A DNA stretch of 64,000 nucleotides. Origin: Nageia nagi. Taxonomy: Eukaryota; Plantae; Pinophyta. The translations under genes were made by a program, and so were the position numbers. Below, in pieces: positions 37,160 through 52,200 of the stretch (the stretch's first letter is position 1; every line of letters begins with the position of its first letter). Below the pieces are notes generated by a model. The model did not search any database. It had not been told where the DNA came from and saw only the letters and a program-made list of their open reading frames with translations. Location of the stretch: contig JBITNC010000002.1 in the NCBI GenBank assembly GCA_050084985.1, positions 19,158,001 to 19,222,000 on the forward strand. Reading direction: 5' to 3'.

Positions 37160-39700
37160 AGATCAGTAAAGAGGAGAAGCAAAATGATGTGGTCTATTCT
37201 TCATGTTTCTTCAAAGTTATCATCCTTTATTTTGTTGTGAGTTTTTTAGAGTTGGACCTTAAAGTTGTTGGTCACCTTAACTTTTAAAGAAGGATTATTA
37301 GATATTATAGGGTTAATTTCATAGTATATTTCACCCACAAAGATATCAAAGAAGCTATTAAGTATTCTCAAAGAGGTCTTGAATGTATAAAAGAATAATC
37401 TAATGTAAAGTATGATAAGGTTCCAATGAAAATAAACCTAATTAAGAACTTGTTGAAACAAGAATATAAACATCATAATCATTGCAAGGTGTTGGTTGTA
37501 GATAATGTTTGGTTCTAGGATAACACTAGAGTATTGTTGAGCTTTCTAAGTTGGGTGACTGGCTAAGACTCAGATGTAAGGTTCAAAAAATATCTCTTAG
37601 GTTTATTTATTAGGATAAGATATGATAAGAGGCTCAGAAGGACTCTAGTGATCAATAATATCTTGATTAAGAAACTCTCCTCTATAAGAGGAATATTACA
37701 ATTTTACATGAATACCTATCATGTTTACCTAATGTTACATGGGGAGAATGGACCTAAATATTATGGTTTAGTGGAAAGGATTTGGAATCCTAGATTTACT
37801 ATAAAAGTAGCTTATCCCAAGTGGTATTTGAAACATAAGTGAGAGTGTATCAAGATGAGGAATGATAAGTGTAAGTATGCAATCTACAAAGAGTTAAAGG
37901 GACATGGTATCATAGAAAGGATCTCTAAAGTAGATAAGAAAGAGATCAAGGTATTTATAAAATTTTACTTAGAGAATATTGATGTATCATATATCCATGT
38001 TTATAAGTTTATCTAGAACAAATGAAACTACCCAAATATCTAGTTGATGAGAAGAATTATCAATATGAATAGTTATTAAGAAAGAAATCCGAGATGAGAA
38101 GGCATCCTTTTAGCTTGGCATATTATGCATGCAACTCTTGGGTAGAGGCTAAAATAATGGACAAAAAACTTGAAATATACTCTCCTGAAAAGATTAATAC
38201 ATGCAAAATCTATGAACTTGATGGCATCATCAATTAGCATTTCAAATCCTCTTTCAAACACATATCATTGGGATAACTTGAAAGGTATCAAAATGTAATT
38301 TGAAATATTGAATTAATTGAGGTTTTAAAAAAAATAAAAGAATATTAATAGAAAGAAAATAATAAAGAGAATATAGATCATATTCCTCCACCTATTGATT
38401 CCAAAATTCTTAGAATGCCCCATATACCTCTCCACATAAGGGCACACATTAGAGAGTCATCCATTAAAGCTATTGAAATTAATTAGTTTGGTACCATGGT
38501 AGATGTTAATGTAATATATTTGTTGCAAGATACATAATCCCTAGAATAATATCCTAAAAATGGTGGAACTATGGAGTTTGTCTATGAGGTAATGTAATCC
38601 CTTGATGAAAAGGAAAACATGGCCAAGAAATATCTAAATTGGAATAGGATTCTAAACAAGATATAATGAATAAGAAGGTGTTTCTTCATATGGTGAAGGA
38701 TCAAGTATCTTAAGTAGTTCTTTGAGTGAGGGGATTGCATTAAGGAGTAGGAGTAAGGATTATGATAATAAATGCATCAACATTTAGGATTCATATGTTG
38801 AAGAGAAGGAAGTAGAGATTAATCAAAATGAAGTCATTATGACTATGCATACTTTGGGAAGGGATTAATCATCAATTAAAGGATCTAAAAAATCATAGAA
38901 AAATCCTTCCCAAAAAAGATAAATTATATAAAAAAAATGCCAAGTAGTATATATGATATAAAGAACAAATCCTAAGTGCAATTGGATCAAAATATGGTGA
39001 TGATAGAGATGAAGAAAACCTAGAAAAAAGAAAGAAGAGAAAGAAAGATGAGGATGATAAATCTTTAAAGAAGTAAATTATTCTTGCAAGATAAACATTA
39101 TCCCCTTATTAATTCAATAAGGAAACTTGGCTAGAAGGAAATGATTTAGATACCTATTTATAAAGCCCAAATATATGAGTGGAAGTGAAGGTGTTGATGA
39201 AGATGATGATAATGAGAAAGAGATATCAACACCTATGAGGAAACCAAAAATCCTCCAAATCTTTTCAAGAATTAAATAAGATGAAAACATATTTATCAAT
39301 AAAGTATATAATAATTGAATGTGGACAAAGGATGTAACAAATTTGAAAATTTATACAAATAAAGTAGAGATTGGATGAATAGAGGAACATGGAACTGCTT
39401 AAATGAGAAAATCAAACATGGATCATATGCAAAAATTGGTTAAAAAGAATAAGTAATGAGTCATATAATTGGAATAAGAATTAAAGGAAGATATAGTGAA
39501 GGGAAAAGGTTTGGAAGCCTTGAATGTAGATGAAAATATCATAAAATCAAACTATTATAGATGATAATGCTTCTTCCATAAGGCTCAAGCTCTTATTTCC
39601 TAATTACATTCCACTTTGGATATTGCTTATGATATTTTCACATTATTTCTTACAATTAGAACAAAAATGTAGGATATGGAAAAGAAGATAGTGACTATGA
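37160..39700 (+). mobile_element. Decayed accessory-ORF region of an LTR retrotransposon (K/E/D-rich)
   Basis: Long purine-rich codon-like stretch with many stops. No catalytic motif recognised. Confidence 0.3.
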
Positions 39701-39714
39701 ATTAGACATGTTCA

Positions 39715-42495
39715 CTTAGTTTCTTAAAATCTTTTTTAATATACATAACTTATAAAATCTTTAATATCATAAAAGTATATATAATATGTTTTAAAAATTT
39801 TTATGAACATTTTAAGGAAGAAAAAGTAGAAGAAAAATTAACATGTACTTACCTATTGAAGAAATCCTATAAATTGAAGTCTTTATGATGATATTCCTTA
39901 TGTAAACTAGTGTTGGTGTTGAAAATAACATCAATGCTAGTGAATATGAGATATCTTAATTTGATTTTTGAATTGAAGCTTGCTTGTGAGGAATCAAACT
40001 ACAAGAAATTGAAATGACCTATTTTTGATGGGATATTTTCTTGAAATTATTTTTTGAAAAACCTTCCTTGGCTTGGATGGAAATTTTCTTTTTGAACTTC
40101 AATTTTTTTATTTTTTCATTTTTAACAATCATTTTCTAGAAACCAAGGCCTGATGTAACTTTGAAATAATTGCACAAACTAACAAGTAATTGATCCAAAA
40201 TGGGCCTTTTGGAGTTTAATTTTAGGAGTAAAGATTATCACCATTGGTTTTCATGCTAGAAAATAGACATATCTATAAAATTTGATGACTTGTATGTGTA
40301 AAAATAGGACCACTAGTAGTCCACTAGTGGTCCATTTCCTATAGTCATTTTCTTGGAATTTGAACCAACAAGAGTTATTTTAGGAGCTAAATCAATTTCT
40401 TCTTATATTTATTTCTTAAGGCACTTCATTCCAAGGTTAGTGCAAGTTTTATACATATTGTTGAAGGTATTTTGACAATAACATGGCATTGTTGAAACAT
40501 GTATTTGACATGTCAAACATTCAGTTCTGATTCAAGGAGGATTTCAAGTTAGAGAAGAATGTTTGAATATTTTATAATAGTGTATTCCATATTCACACTA
40601 ATTTGTAATCACCCTTTAGTCCCCATTATGAAGAAGAGTTGTTAAATTGGATGTACTTCTGAATTAGGAGGAACCAATATAAATTTGGTTGTGTTATTTT
40701 ATGTGATTTTCAATTTTGATGTTATTAGTTATTTCCTTTAATTTTTTTGCAATTACACCTTAAATTTCATCAATGAAATTTATCAAAAAAGGACCATAAA
40801 TGACTCAGTTTTAGACAACTAATGGCCTATTTCTTACATGATTACGTTCTAAACTTTTAATTGGAAATTTTTTATGTGATGAACTTATTAATAACATAAC
40901 ATATGTGGTTTTACAAATCAAATGGTATCAGATATTTTGTTAGTTTAACTTAGGAATTGTGAATGCAAGGTAGAAGATCTCAAGGATTTGAGTTGATTCC
41001 TCTTGACCTTGAGATTGGAAGAAGGCATTAAAGAACCAATTCAATGGTAAAGTAGGGAGGAAAATAAATAAGCCAACCCAGAATAGATGCAAATTTGAAT
41101 TTCAAGTTTGAGAATATATTTCTTACAATTAAGAGCAATATGGCTAGGATCATGGAATTACTTCTAAAAAGTCAATCCAAGGAGGATCTAAGAAACCTAA
41201 TTTTGATAGAGTACCTGATTTTAATGTTGGGCCTTATCATGCCACTATATCATTACCATTAAAAGTAGAGGCTAAGGTTTAAATCCCTACTTTTGGAGAA
41301 AGTTAGATGCTAAAAATCTCAATAATTAGTTGAAACAACTAAAAGTATATTTTCAAGTTCAATGTGTTGATAATGATGTTCAAAAACTTTCATTTGCAAA
41401 ATTGAAAATGTAAGTTCATGCATTGATTTGGTGGGAGAGTCACGGGGAATTCCTCAAACATGAAAAATAAATATCCATCTCTTCTTGGGATGAATTCAAT
41501 AATCTATTAAGAGATTTTTTTTATCCATTAGGTCATTATAATAAACAACTTATAAAATAACAATTTCTTTGTCAATAAAGAGGGTAATCGGTTCAAGAAT
41601 ACACCATAAAATTTATAAGCAAAGAAAATTTTCTTGGGATTTCTCTTAAGGATACTCAAATTAAATGAAGTACATTAGAGGTTTACATAGTTATTTACAA
41701 AAGCTTATTATGTTATTTTTAATCCTAATAACTTTGATCAAGTTTGTGTGCAAGCTCAATATTTGGAAGAAAATGTGAGGTAAAGGAAACACTATGAGAA
41801 CTCCAAAAAGAACTTAAACATTAAGGGAAACTAAGAAGGAGAAAAATATCAAGATAATGAAAATGGTAAAGGGAAAGGGGAAAAAAAAATACTACTAATA
41901 CTATCGATAAGGAGAGTGATGGGAGGCATTGTTATCATTGTGATTAAGGTAGATATGTTGATGATAAATGTTGGAAACTTCATCTTAAATTATATCCCTA
42001 CAAGAAGAACAATAAAAAGAATATGGAAAATAAGAATGAATTGGTTACAAAGAGTGAATATGTTGAACACAATTATATATTAGTTTAAATAGTTGGATAT
42101 AAGAAAGAGATTGAGGAGAAAAAAACTCAACTATTCCATGTCAACATCATAATTGGTAAGGTAAAATTTGATTCTATTTATGATCCTGATTATCAAGTTA
42201 ATTTGATTTCTAAAATTTTCATAGGAGAATTAAGGCTAAATACATACAACCATCCACATCTATATCCTCTTGAATGGATACACCAAGATGCCATGCTTCA
42301 ATTCACCAAATAATATAAGTTACAATTTAGCATAGGTACCAGTTTTCATATAGAAATGGTAGTTGATGCTATTCATTTTAATATATGTGGTGTTACATTT
42401 GAAAACCCCTATTTATTGTATAGAGTTACTCTCTATTATAGGAGGAAAAATTAGTATAGGTTTATCAAGGAAATTTCTATACTATTCATGCCCAT
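39715..42495 (+). mobile_element. CRM-like element copy C: 3' part of LTR, PBS, gag and protease
   Basis: Collinear with 20940-22710. LTR ends AATCA at 40920; PBS TGGTATCAGA at 40923. Protease region LFHVNIII...NLIS...HPHLYPLEWI is typical of CRM-type chromoviruses. Confidence 0.85.
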
Positions 42496-43342
42496 TATTG
42501 ACACTTAATTTTGGTCCAACCTAGGTAGCCACATTAAGTGTATTATTATGTTAATATTATATAATGTTATGGGTATTTTCCTTTTTCCTTTCTCATGCCA
42601 TATGATATTTTATTATGCTAGGTACTCCAACATAGATTCTCACCTTGTTAAGAGAAAATTGGATTATATCTTACATAAATAAAGGCAAGTATGATTGTAG
42701 GGAAAGTTATCAATATTTCATATCGATAGTTGGAACCTAAATTGTGAGGTATTTCTCAATGTCACCTATTGATATTGGGATCTTGTTATCACATAAGAAT
42801 ATATGTTATTCTATATTTATAAATTATATATATTTTTTGACTTAATGATACTCTACTATTAATTGGATCTTGGTTGCAAACTCTATTTATTTGGATGCCT
42901 AGCATTTACATTGTTATGCATGCTAGTGCTACTATTTAGGGCTCAACTTCTATGCTCCTATGGGTTTCTATGCTATCGTTATAGTATGTTGTTCTATGTG
43001 GGGATTCATATATCAAGATCATCATCTTTAATAAGATAATATATGCATATAATATTCATCATCTACGCAAGGTTAATAAGTATTTATATTTCACTTGATC
43101 CTAGTATCAATAACATATTTTGTTATCTTGATTCATAATCTTCATCATATAGGTAAGGTTAATAAGTATTTATATTTAACTTGATCCTAGTCTCAATAAT
43201 TTATTTTTTTATCTTGATTCAATAATTTTAGATATGTTATTCATTGTTATATTTACTATACTTAGAATTATTATTATTGTTATCTTTCATTATTTTTACT
43301 ATTTATTTTATTTGAATTAGTATAAAGAATAAATCACTCACA
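42496..43342 (+). mobile_element. LTR-like insertion truncating copy C, with an internal ~87-bp-period duplication
   Basis: Starts TATTGACACTTAATTTTGGTCC (compare TGTTGACACCTAAAAGTGGTCC at 5484) and ends CACA. AAGGTTAATAAGTATTTATATTT..CTTGATCCTAGT occurs at ~43069 and ~43155. Confidence 0.55.
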
Positions 43343-43359
43343 TGTGAATGGCCAAATTT

Positions 43360-43870
43360 GGATATATATCATGGTTATATGTCCAAAATTACACTAGGTG
43401 TATATCAATTCCACCTACGTTCGATCTCATCTCTTTGCTTGGATATATGATGGGCATATATTGAAACATTAATTATGGCCATTATTAAAGTCCACCACCT
43501 GGCCACCATCAGACTTCATTGCTTTGTTGAGATATGTCATGGGTGTATATAGAAGGTATATCATGGGCATATAGTGAGAGGCAACATAGATATATCATGA
43601 GAATATATAGAAGTTATATTATAGGTGTATAGCGATAACTATGAAAAAAATTGAAATTTTTGACCTAATATATCATGGGCATATAGCAAGAAAGATGAAA
43701 AATTTTAAATTTTTTAGACAAGATATATCATGGGAGTATATTGGTTATCTCATGGATGTATATCAAGAAATAAGAAGTGAAAATTTTAAAATTTTTGGAC
43801 CAGATATATTATGGGCATATAGTGGTGATATTATGGGTGTATAGCTAATATATGGTGGGTGTATAATGAG
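43360..43870. repeat. Degenerate ~22-25 bp repeat array ATATATCATGGGC/TATATAG
   Basis: More than ten imperfect copies are visible. Confidence 0.75.
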
Positions 43871-44487
43871 AATTATAAAACAAATTTAAAACACACCAAT
43901 CTATGTTACATACCTACCCATGTTGTATGATTACTTGCATGCATATTGAATTTCTTGACCCTTTGTAGTTGTAGAACCTTGGATCTCCAAGTATGGGACT
44001 TTTTTTACAATGCATGTTGCCAAAATGAGGTTTAGGCATGTGTTTTTCTTTTGATTTGTTCTTACATGTTGATTTTTGGGATACTTTATGTAATTATTTC
44101 TACATGAACAAATTTCTAGCTTGTTCTAATCATACCCATTAGAAATTTCATACCATTTTTGTATGAACAATGAAAAAAATTTGTAAGCTAGGAAAACCCT
44201 TAGAAGAATACAGTATCAAAATGATATAGGGAAAAAATGTTATAGTTAAGAATGAAGAGAATAATGTAGCAATGCAAATAGATAAGATTTTAATAGGAAA
44301 CCCAACAATGTAAATATTTTTAATGGAGTATATTTGAAGCATGAACAATGTCACTTCAGATTAAGCATTAGGAAATGTAGAACATATGAGTATATAATGA
44401 TAATGAATACCTAATAATTATAATTACAAGCTTGTTAGTACAAATTTTATGTGAAGTGACATATGATATGCATCTTGTAGCTCTAGT

Positions 44488-46216
44488 AATGGGTGGAGAC
44501 TTGGTAAAAAGGGAGTCAAGATCAACAGAGGAGACTAGGAAGAATGCAAAAGTATGGCATCTTCTTTATTGGGGATGATTAGAAAGGCTTATGAATGCAT
44601 ACAAGGTGTTGATGAACAAATCTCACTAGAAGTGATAGAATCTTAGAACGAAGGTGTTTGCAATGTCAATGGTTTGGATCTGGTATTCTCTATAGAGACA
44701 ATTGCCCAAGTAACCCACCTACCAAATGTAGGAATAGAAGTAAGAATGGAAGGGAGGGTAAATAATCTTACAACTAAAGATAATTTCATTAATACCTATA
44801 TGCAAGGGCTTAGCTTGAATAAGTTTCAGACAAGTGTATTGCCAAATTGCATTCCAGATCCTTGGAAGGAGCTAACTAGTGCCCTTATAAGATATATAAC
44901 TTTGGAAGGAAGATACAATAAGCTTTATGCCCATTACTTTAGTATTATAAACTAATTTTATTTTCCTAAAATATATAGGGTTAATTTTACCTTATTTATT
45001 TTCAATTCCATGAGTATTTCTATAAGAAAATTTAAGTAAACTTTAACAACATGTACAATTCATGGCAGAGTGATAAAATTGTTGTATGAAATAACCTTGG
45101 AAAATAGGCTTAGGAGGATACCAAGGGTAAGAATATTAGTTAGAGGCTAGGTATTTTATAAAAGGGAGAACAAAAACCTTGGAGTTAAAATTTGTGAGCA
45201 AGAGGGGAAAGCCCCTCTAGCCAGTGTATTGAAATTGAAGAAGGGGGGAAAGAAATCCAATTAAGAGATAGGAGAACTAAGAAAGGATCCCACTACAAGG
45301 GAGACAAGGTTGAACAAAGGGAAAGAAAAAATAACTTTTGGGTTGGATAACATTCATGGGGAGGAGAATGCAACATCGTAGGGTAAATAATTGGGGGACA
45401 TGTTGAAGATAATGGTAGAAGAGATAGTAGCAGCTAAAACCCTTTTGCAAGCTAAGAATTGTAGTAAGACACCTCTCAGCAATGTGTTCACAATATATAT
45501 AGACTCATTTTTCATCAAAATAAAAAAAATTTGTAGAGAAGTTACATAAACATCATAGGAAAATATAGCAAAGCAAGAGGAGGGAAAAAAAGAAGAATGG
45601 AGAATCTAGTAGAGTACCAAAGTAATCTAATATCAAGAAGAATATAGAGCAACACCAAATGACGGAACAAAGAGGAATAGGGAGAGGATAAAGGAGTATT
45701 TAAATGGTTGTAATTTAATAATTTGGATGAAAAAACACCTCTAAAGAAATTCAAAATCAAAGATATCTAAAAAATATTTGGGAAAGCACCGCAAATTCAT
45801 CTTAAGGGAAAAGAAGTCAAGTCTTCTAGTGTAGAGATAATAATAGAGACCTAATAGGAGAGGGTAAAAGAGTTTTTAGTAAGGAGATCATTTAATAATA
45901 AGATCCATAAAGAGATTCTAGCTGAAGAATTAATAAGAAAAGGTACTCCTAGCCTAATATATGATGAAGTTAGAGAGAATCTAAGATTTAAACAAATAAT
46001 GTTAAGAAAAATGTACGATAAATATTACAAGCACAACTATGAGGAGCACTAATTCATCTCCCTATCGAGAAGCCCACAATGATGGCAAGGAAGTGCAACA
46101 AAAAAGTAGGAGTATTTTGTGGTTATCTTTTTGGAACTACTTAATATATTGCTATAACTTATTTTGGTACATAATGTATTGCTATAAGTTGTTTGAGCAC
46201 TTAATGTATTGGTAAT
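44488..46216 (+). mobile_element. Decayed retrotransposon accessory ORF
   Basis: MGGDLVKRE... and ORF 44674-44955 (FSIETIAQVTHLP...PDPWKELTSALIRYITLEGRY) resemble Tat/Athila-associated plant transposon proteins. Confidence 0.55.
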
Positions 46217-49200
46217 AGCATTCGTAACTCTAGTTTGATTCAACATAGAGCCCTAAAGAGAGGAATAAGAAGAAAAGGCCTAGTATACAAAATGACATCT
46301 CTAAAATGACAAAGAGCTTTGAAAGAGAAGCAAATGTAAAAGTGAAGGCCCAAAAAAGCTAATAATATTTTGAAACCATAGAAGTAGCACCCAAACACTT
46401 TTAAGATAGCTATTTACTTTAATAGAAGAAAAAATAGTTATGGAGAACCTTGATAGAGCTATAGATCATTACAAATGATTCTAAAAAAGATGCAGGTGGT
46501 AAAAAAAATTCAAAAGATATAACTATCAATCAAGAAGACTTTAGAAAAGAAGATCAGGCCTATTGAGGCATTTTATGTAACCATTCGATCTTTTTAGTTA
46601 CATTATAGTTACTTTGCTTTCTATATAAGTAAAGTAGTATTAAGGCAAATGGGTTGGAATCCCTACTATTGCCCCTTATATTTGTTTTTGAAGATCTTTT
46701 ATTTCCTCAACAATATGATACTATATTGACCTTTCTTTCCTAACACTTGTTACAATTGTTCTTAATCTAGTTATGTTGTGGCAATTGATGAATGTTTCCT
46801 GAATAATAATAGCAATGTGTTGGAATAACTATGTTTGTTACATGGTAAAATTTATGTTGAGAAATAATTAAGACAGTGAAGGCTTGCTCCGTGGCTACTA
46901 CAATCGGTTCTTGCTAAGGTTCCACATACTATGGAAGCCTATGCTAAACTAGTGATCTACCCCTTTGCTTTATTCCTTGTTACTCTATCTCTATATTTTA
47001 TTCCTCACATTTTTACCCTTTCATTCATTTCCAATTACTTATTATTTATATTTTATGCCCAATGTATAAGGAACTAGCCTTGTCTAGAGATCATATTATC
47101 ATGGATAGTCTATTCATAGTATATAGTTGTTGAGATTGTAGCAGGTGAAGTTATTACACAATCTTAATCAACAACATATATTTTTGGCATGCTTAATGGG
47201 ACACAAAAATTTATTAGTGACTCTATTAGAAGCAAAAATGATGGTAGATATACAAATGATCCCTTTACAGTCATCATTTCATTTTTAAAACTTATAGTTT
47301 TATGTTGTTGTTAGAGTTTATGTGGACAAGATCTAAATATAAGGCGGCAAAAGAAGTTCTAGAATTTAGAGAGCTTGATGTTTCTAAGAGAAAGACCCTA
47401 ATCAAGTCTATATGTTTGGGTAGTATTAGTACTTTAATAATGTCATATAAACTAGTACCTTTTAATCTTCCTAGTAAAGTTGTTTCTCTTAAGATGGCTA
47501 ATGCAGCTCCAAATATTTATCTTGCTACTTTACATGATATCCTAGTTGGTGTTTTTAAAACTTTACCAGAGTTTGATGCAATGATAGAGAAAATAGATTA
47601 TGAGCATTATGTGGATGTATTTGATTTGGCTAAGATTCATAATATTTAGCATGAAGATGTTATGGTGAGACTACTAGTGTAGTCATTTAAGGGCAAGGTC
47701 CTTGATTGGTACCAAGGCCTTGCTAATGGATCTATTACTTCATGGGCCTAGTTGGTAGAACCCTTCATTTTAGAGTTCAATGAAGTAGGAGATCCTTTCT
47801 TCTTGTTAACCCAATTTACTTCTATCTAAAGATATGAATAAGAGAATATTCCAAATTTTGACATCAGGTTCTAGAAGTCTTGGAGAGAGTTTTGGTGTTA
47901 ATTAGGCCTTAACATACATAAGCTTTGATGTATTATCTAAGAACCTTCCCTCTAAATCTTTCATTATGGATTCAAAATTTTGGTGTTAATACATTTCCAA
48001 AATTTTATAAGCTAGCAGCATTTGTTGAAGCTTGTCTCATTTCTGTAGGAAAATTACCAATCCGAATGCCTATGCCATACTTTTCAATATTACCTCATAA
48101 TCAGGTATTAAGCCCTTAAGGAATCTGTATGGCCCCACCTCTAGCTAGTATTCCTACTTTTATACAATAGTCTCCTTTAGCCTTGACTACCCCAATAACA
48201 CCTTTGGCTTTACCTACTCCATCTCAATCTGGAGTAAATTAGGACCAACACAAAATGAGATCCAAGAATTGAAAGTATTGTGTTGAAACATGGATAACCA
48301 AATTACTTTTTTCAATAGATAGAATAATGCTAGAAGATTCTTGTATTTGGCTATTGAAAATTTTTAAAATCAACATGTTTTAGCAAAAAATATGGATCTG
48401 GTTTCTTCTTCCAAACAAGTGGTGAGCTTATGCTTAGCTTTTAATGATGCTCATGAGCAAACATATTTCCCTATCTATCAGTATTAGGAATATTTATCAA
48501 GGAATGGGGGAATTTCTCCTCCAAGCATGACTAATGATATAAGTTGAAATGTCAACTTGATGAATTTTGCTCCATCTGATGTTGGTGTCTTTGTTGTGGA
48601 GACAAGGTCTATAAAGAGGACATATATATCATATTAATAGGATATAAAGTTTGAACCCCAAAAGAACTAGGATCTATTAACTATTAAGAAAGCTGATGTT
48701 ACTGCTAGTTCTAAAGATAAAGCACCTGCAAAAGAAGTTTTACCTCATAAATTATCAGTTTTGAAATATAAACAGATGCCTAAAATTAGTGAGGCTAGTG
48801 ATTATATCATCTAGAAATTATAATTCCCTTCACTCACCAAACAACAGAGGAGAGATGATACTCAATAATTCCAACAAAAATTTGTAGATATATATGGTAA
48901 GCCTCAACCTATTCCTAATTTCATTATTATTGAGGAATTAAAAAGAAATTCAAATAGGGTGTCTTTTTTTGATGCATTAAAGATTCTTGGGCAAATTGAC
49001 CTATTGATAATAACTTAATTGCATTAAATGAAGGAATGGATAGGGTGTTAAACTTGTTCAAAATATTTAAGTATCCAAGAATGGGAAAAAATAAGCCCCC
49101 AACTTTCTATATGACTTTAGAAATTGAAGGGTATGTGTTAAATAAATGTTTACTTGACTTTGGAGTAGCCACTACTATCATACCTAAAGCAGTATGTGAT

Positions 49201-52200
49201 GTCATGGGATTACCCCTTATAAGGACATCTATAGGAGTATTAAAATTAGATTCAACACTAGTGAAAACTGTTGGTGTTATTAAAGATATAGTTATGAAAT
49301 TGCACAAGTGTCATTTTGTGGTTATTATGCAAGAAATTGTAGTGGTTGAACTAACTCCTTTGTTTTGGTTATGTCTATCCTAGGAGTTCATAGTAAACAT
49401 AAGAGGTTATCTAGCAATGGACTATAGTCATTATCTAATTCCTTGTGGGGACAAAAGGGTTAGACTAGAAAATGAAAAGATTGTTGATGTGTATGTTAAA
49501 AAAAGAGGAAGTTAATGTAGTGTTGAGTCAATTAGAGGAGACAAATTAGTTATTAGAATAATTGCAGATTGAGGACCCCATATTCTATGAATATGCTTAA
49601 CACAATCCATGATGTGGAGTTTGAGAATTACTATTTGATGGAATTAGATTATTTCATACCCAAAGTCACTATTAAAAACTTTAAACAAGGTGAGATTTGG
49701 GAAATATTCTTTGATGGAGCTAGATCCAAAAATGGATTAGGCACTTGAATAGTATTGATTAATCCTACAAAAAATTTCTACAAGTTTTCATATAGACTTA
49801 CATGGTAATGGACCAATAATGTAGCCAAATATGAAGCCCTTTTTCCTAGTTTAGAACAAGTGATATAAATGAAGATCAAATGCTTGATAATCAAAGGGGA
49901 CTTAGAATTAGTGGTGAATCAAGTTATAAAAAAATATTTTATAAAGCATCATTATCTAAAATCTTATAGAAATAAGGTATGGGATTTGTTTGAAAACTTT
50001 GAAGCCCTACATATATAGTTAGTCCCCAGAAGGTTCAATTTGGAAGCTGATGCTCTGGCTCAAATGGGAGCCAATTTTGATCCTAAAAATGATTGGTTCT
50101 AGACAAAGGGTGTTCAACTCATTTTTAGACCCTCTATTCTAGATAATTATTCCTTTTGGTAAGTTTTTCAAGACAAAGCTTAAATCGATTAGTTCTTATT
50201 TCAGTAGTCTATGTGCCATGCTATTTTAGAGGAAGATCTAGATTATTTCAAGGAACAAGATATGATTCAACTGAATAATAACACCATTCCAAAGGATTTG
50301 ATTCCATTTAAAGGATTTTTTTATAGAAAGGATCAAGCTAAAATAAGAGATATCAACATAAATCTTGATAATTTTAGAGAATATGAAATATTTCCTAGAA
50401 AATTTATTAAAGTTGGTACATGCAACATTATTCAAAAAACTAAAAAAATCATATAGTTGTGCAAAGTTTATGCCGATATAATTGCTTGGTCTTATGAGGA
50501 TTTAAAGGTGTTTGATAAATCTATAATTCAACATACTATTGAATCAATCAAAGATGCCAAACCTATGAGATAGAAACAAAGGCCTATCAATCCTAAGATA
50601 GAGCTTGCCATGAAATAGGAAGTATTAAAGTTGTAAAAATTTGATATAATTTATCCCATAAAATATTTTACATGGGTAGATAACTTGGTTCCTATTAGGA
50701 AAAAGAATGGAGAGATCCAACTATGTGTAGATTTCATAGGTTTGAATAGATTTTCTTTGAAAGATCATTATCCTTTTCCCACAATAGAACAAATATTAAA
50801 CACTATAGCTAGAGAAAAATGCTTCTATTTGATAGATGGTTTCTCTGAATACAATAAAATATGGGTTAAAATGAATATCAATTAAAGAATGCCTTCACCA
50901 CAAAATGGGGAATGTTTGCCTTTCAAAGGATTCCTTTTGGGCTATCTAATGTTAGAGCCACATTACCATGTTTGATAAATAAAAGCTTATTGGTATATCT
51001 AGATAACATTACCATATTCTCACATAAGAAATAGGAACATATTCAACATCTAGATCATCCTGTTATTAAATACAAGAAATTTGGAATTTTCATTAATCCA
51101 AAAAAGTTTATCTTTGTAGTAAATGAAGGTAAACTCAGGTCATGTTATTTGTAAAGAAGGATGGTCCATTGATCTGGATAGAGTTGAGGCCATTAATAGT
51201 ATATCTCTACCTTCTAACAAAAAAGTGTTGGAGTCTTTTTTAGGATAAATCAATTTTGTAAGAATATTTATCCATGATTTCTCAGGTATCATTAGACCTA
51301 TTAATCCAATGTTAAAAAAAGATGCCTCTTTTATATGAAATAAAGAAGGGAAGCAAGCTTTCAAACAAATCAAATCAATAATAACCAAAGCTTTGGTATT
51401 AATAAATCCAAATTTTAATAAAGAATTCATATTATATGCATATGGTTCCCAAGTAAGTATTGCTGCTATGTTAACATAAAAAGATGATAATAATGATGAA
51501 CACCCTATTGCTTTCTTTAGTCAAACTATGAATAATTGTGAAGAGAAGTCCACTTTCATTGAAAAATAAGTGTTAGCAATCTTGAAGGCCCTCAACAAGC
51601 TAAAACATTATGTATCTCAAAGTAATATATTGGTCCTAACCATTCACCCAGATGTTAGGTCTTATATTATGCAAGGTTAGATGGGTGAGGGAAGACCCAG
51701 GTGGATCTCCAAAATCCTTAAATATGATGTAGAGATTCACCTTACCAAGCTAATAAGGGGAAGATCTCTTTGCAAACAACTAGCAAGTAAAATGGATCAA
51801 GGGGAAATAATGATGTATTTCATGGAACATGAGGATCTGGATGCAAGTCCTGATGATGAGGTAGGAGATTGGATGTCTCGGTTAGGTAAGTGCTTTCAAA
51901 CCAAAAAATTGCCTTCCCACCTCAATGCTTCACAAAGAATGAGATTTAAAATTCATGCCTAAAACTATATGAAGATAAATCAAGTTCTCTACATAAGAAA
52001 CCATGATAGGGTCTTGTTAAAGTGGTTGCCTTCATCCAAAACTACCCAATTAATCAAAGAGTTCCATTTCAAGGTTTTTGGAGGACATTATTTTGGCTAT
52101 ACTATAGTAGGAAAAATTGTATAGGTAGGTTATTATTGGCCTACCATTTTCCAAGAAGCATTTCCAAAAGCTAAGAGCTATGAGAAATGTTAGAATTTTG

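Noticed and set aside
43360-43870. CRISPR-like repeat-spacer appearance
   Set aside because: Repeats are degenerate with irregular spacing, the context is a eukaryotic TE, and there are no cas genes.
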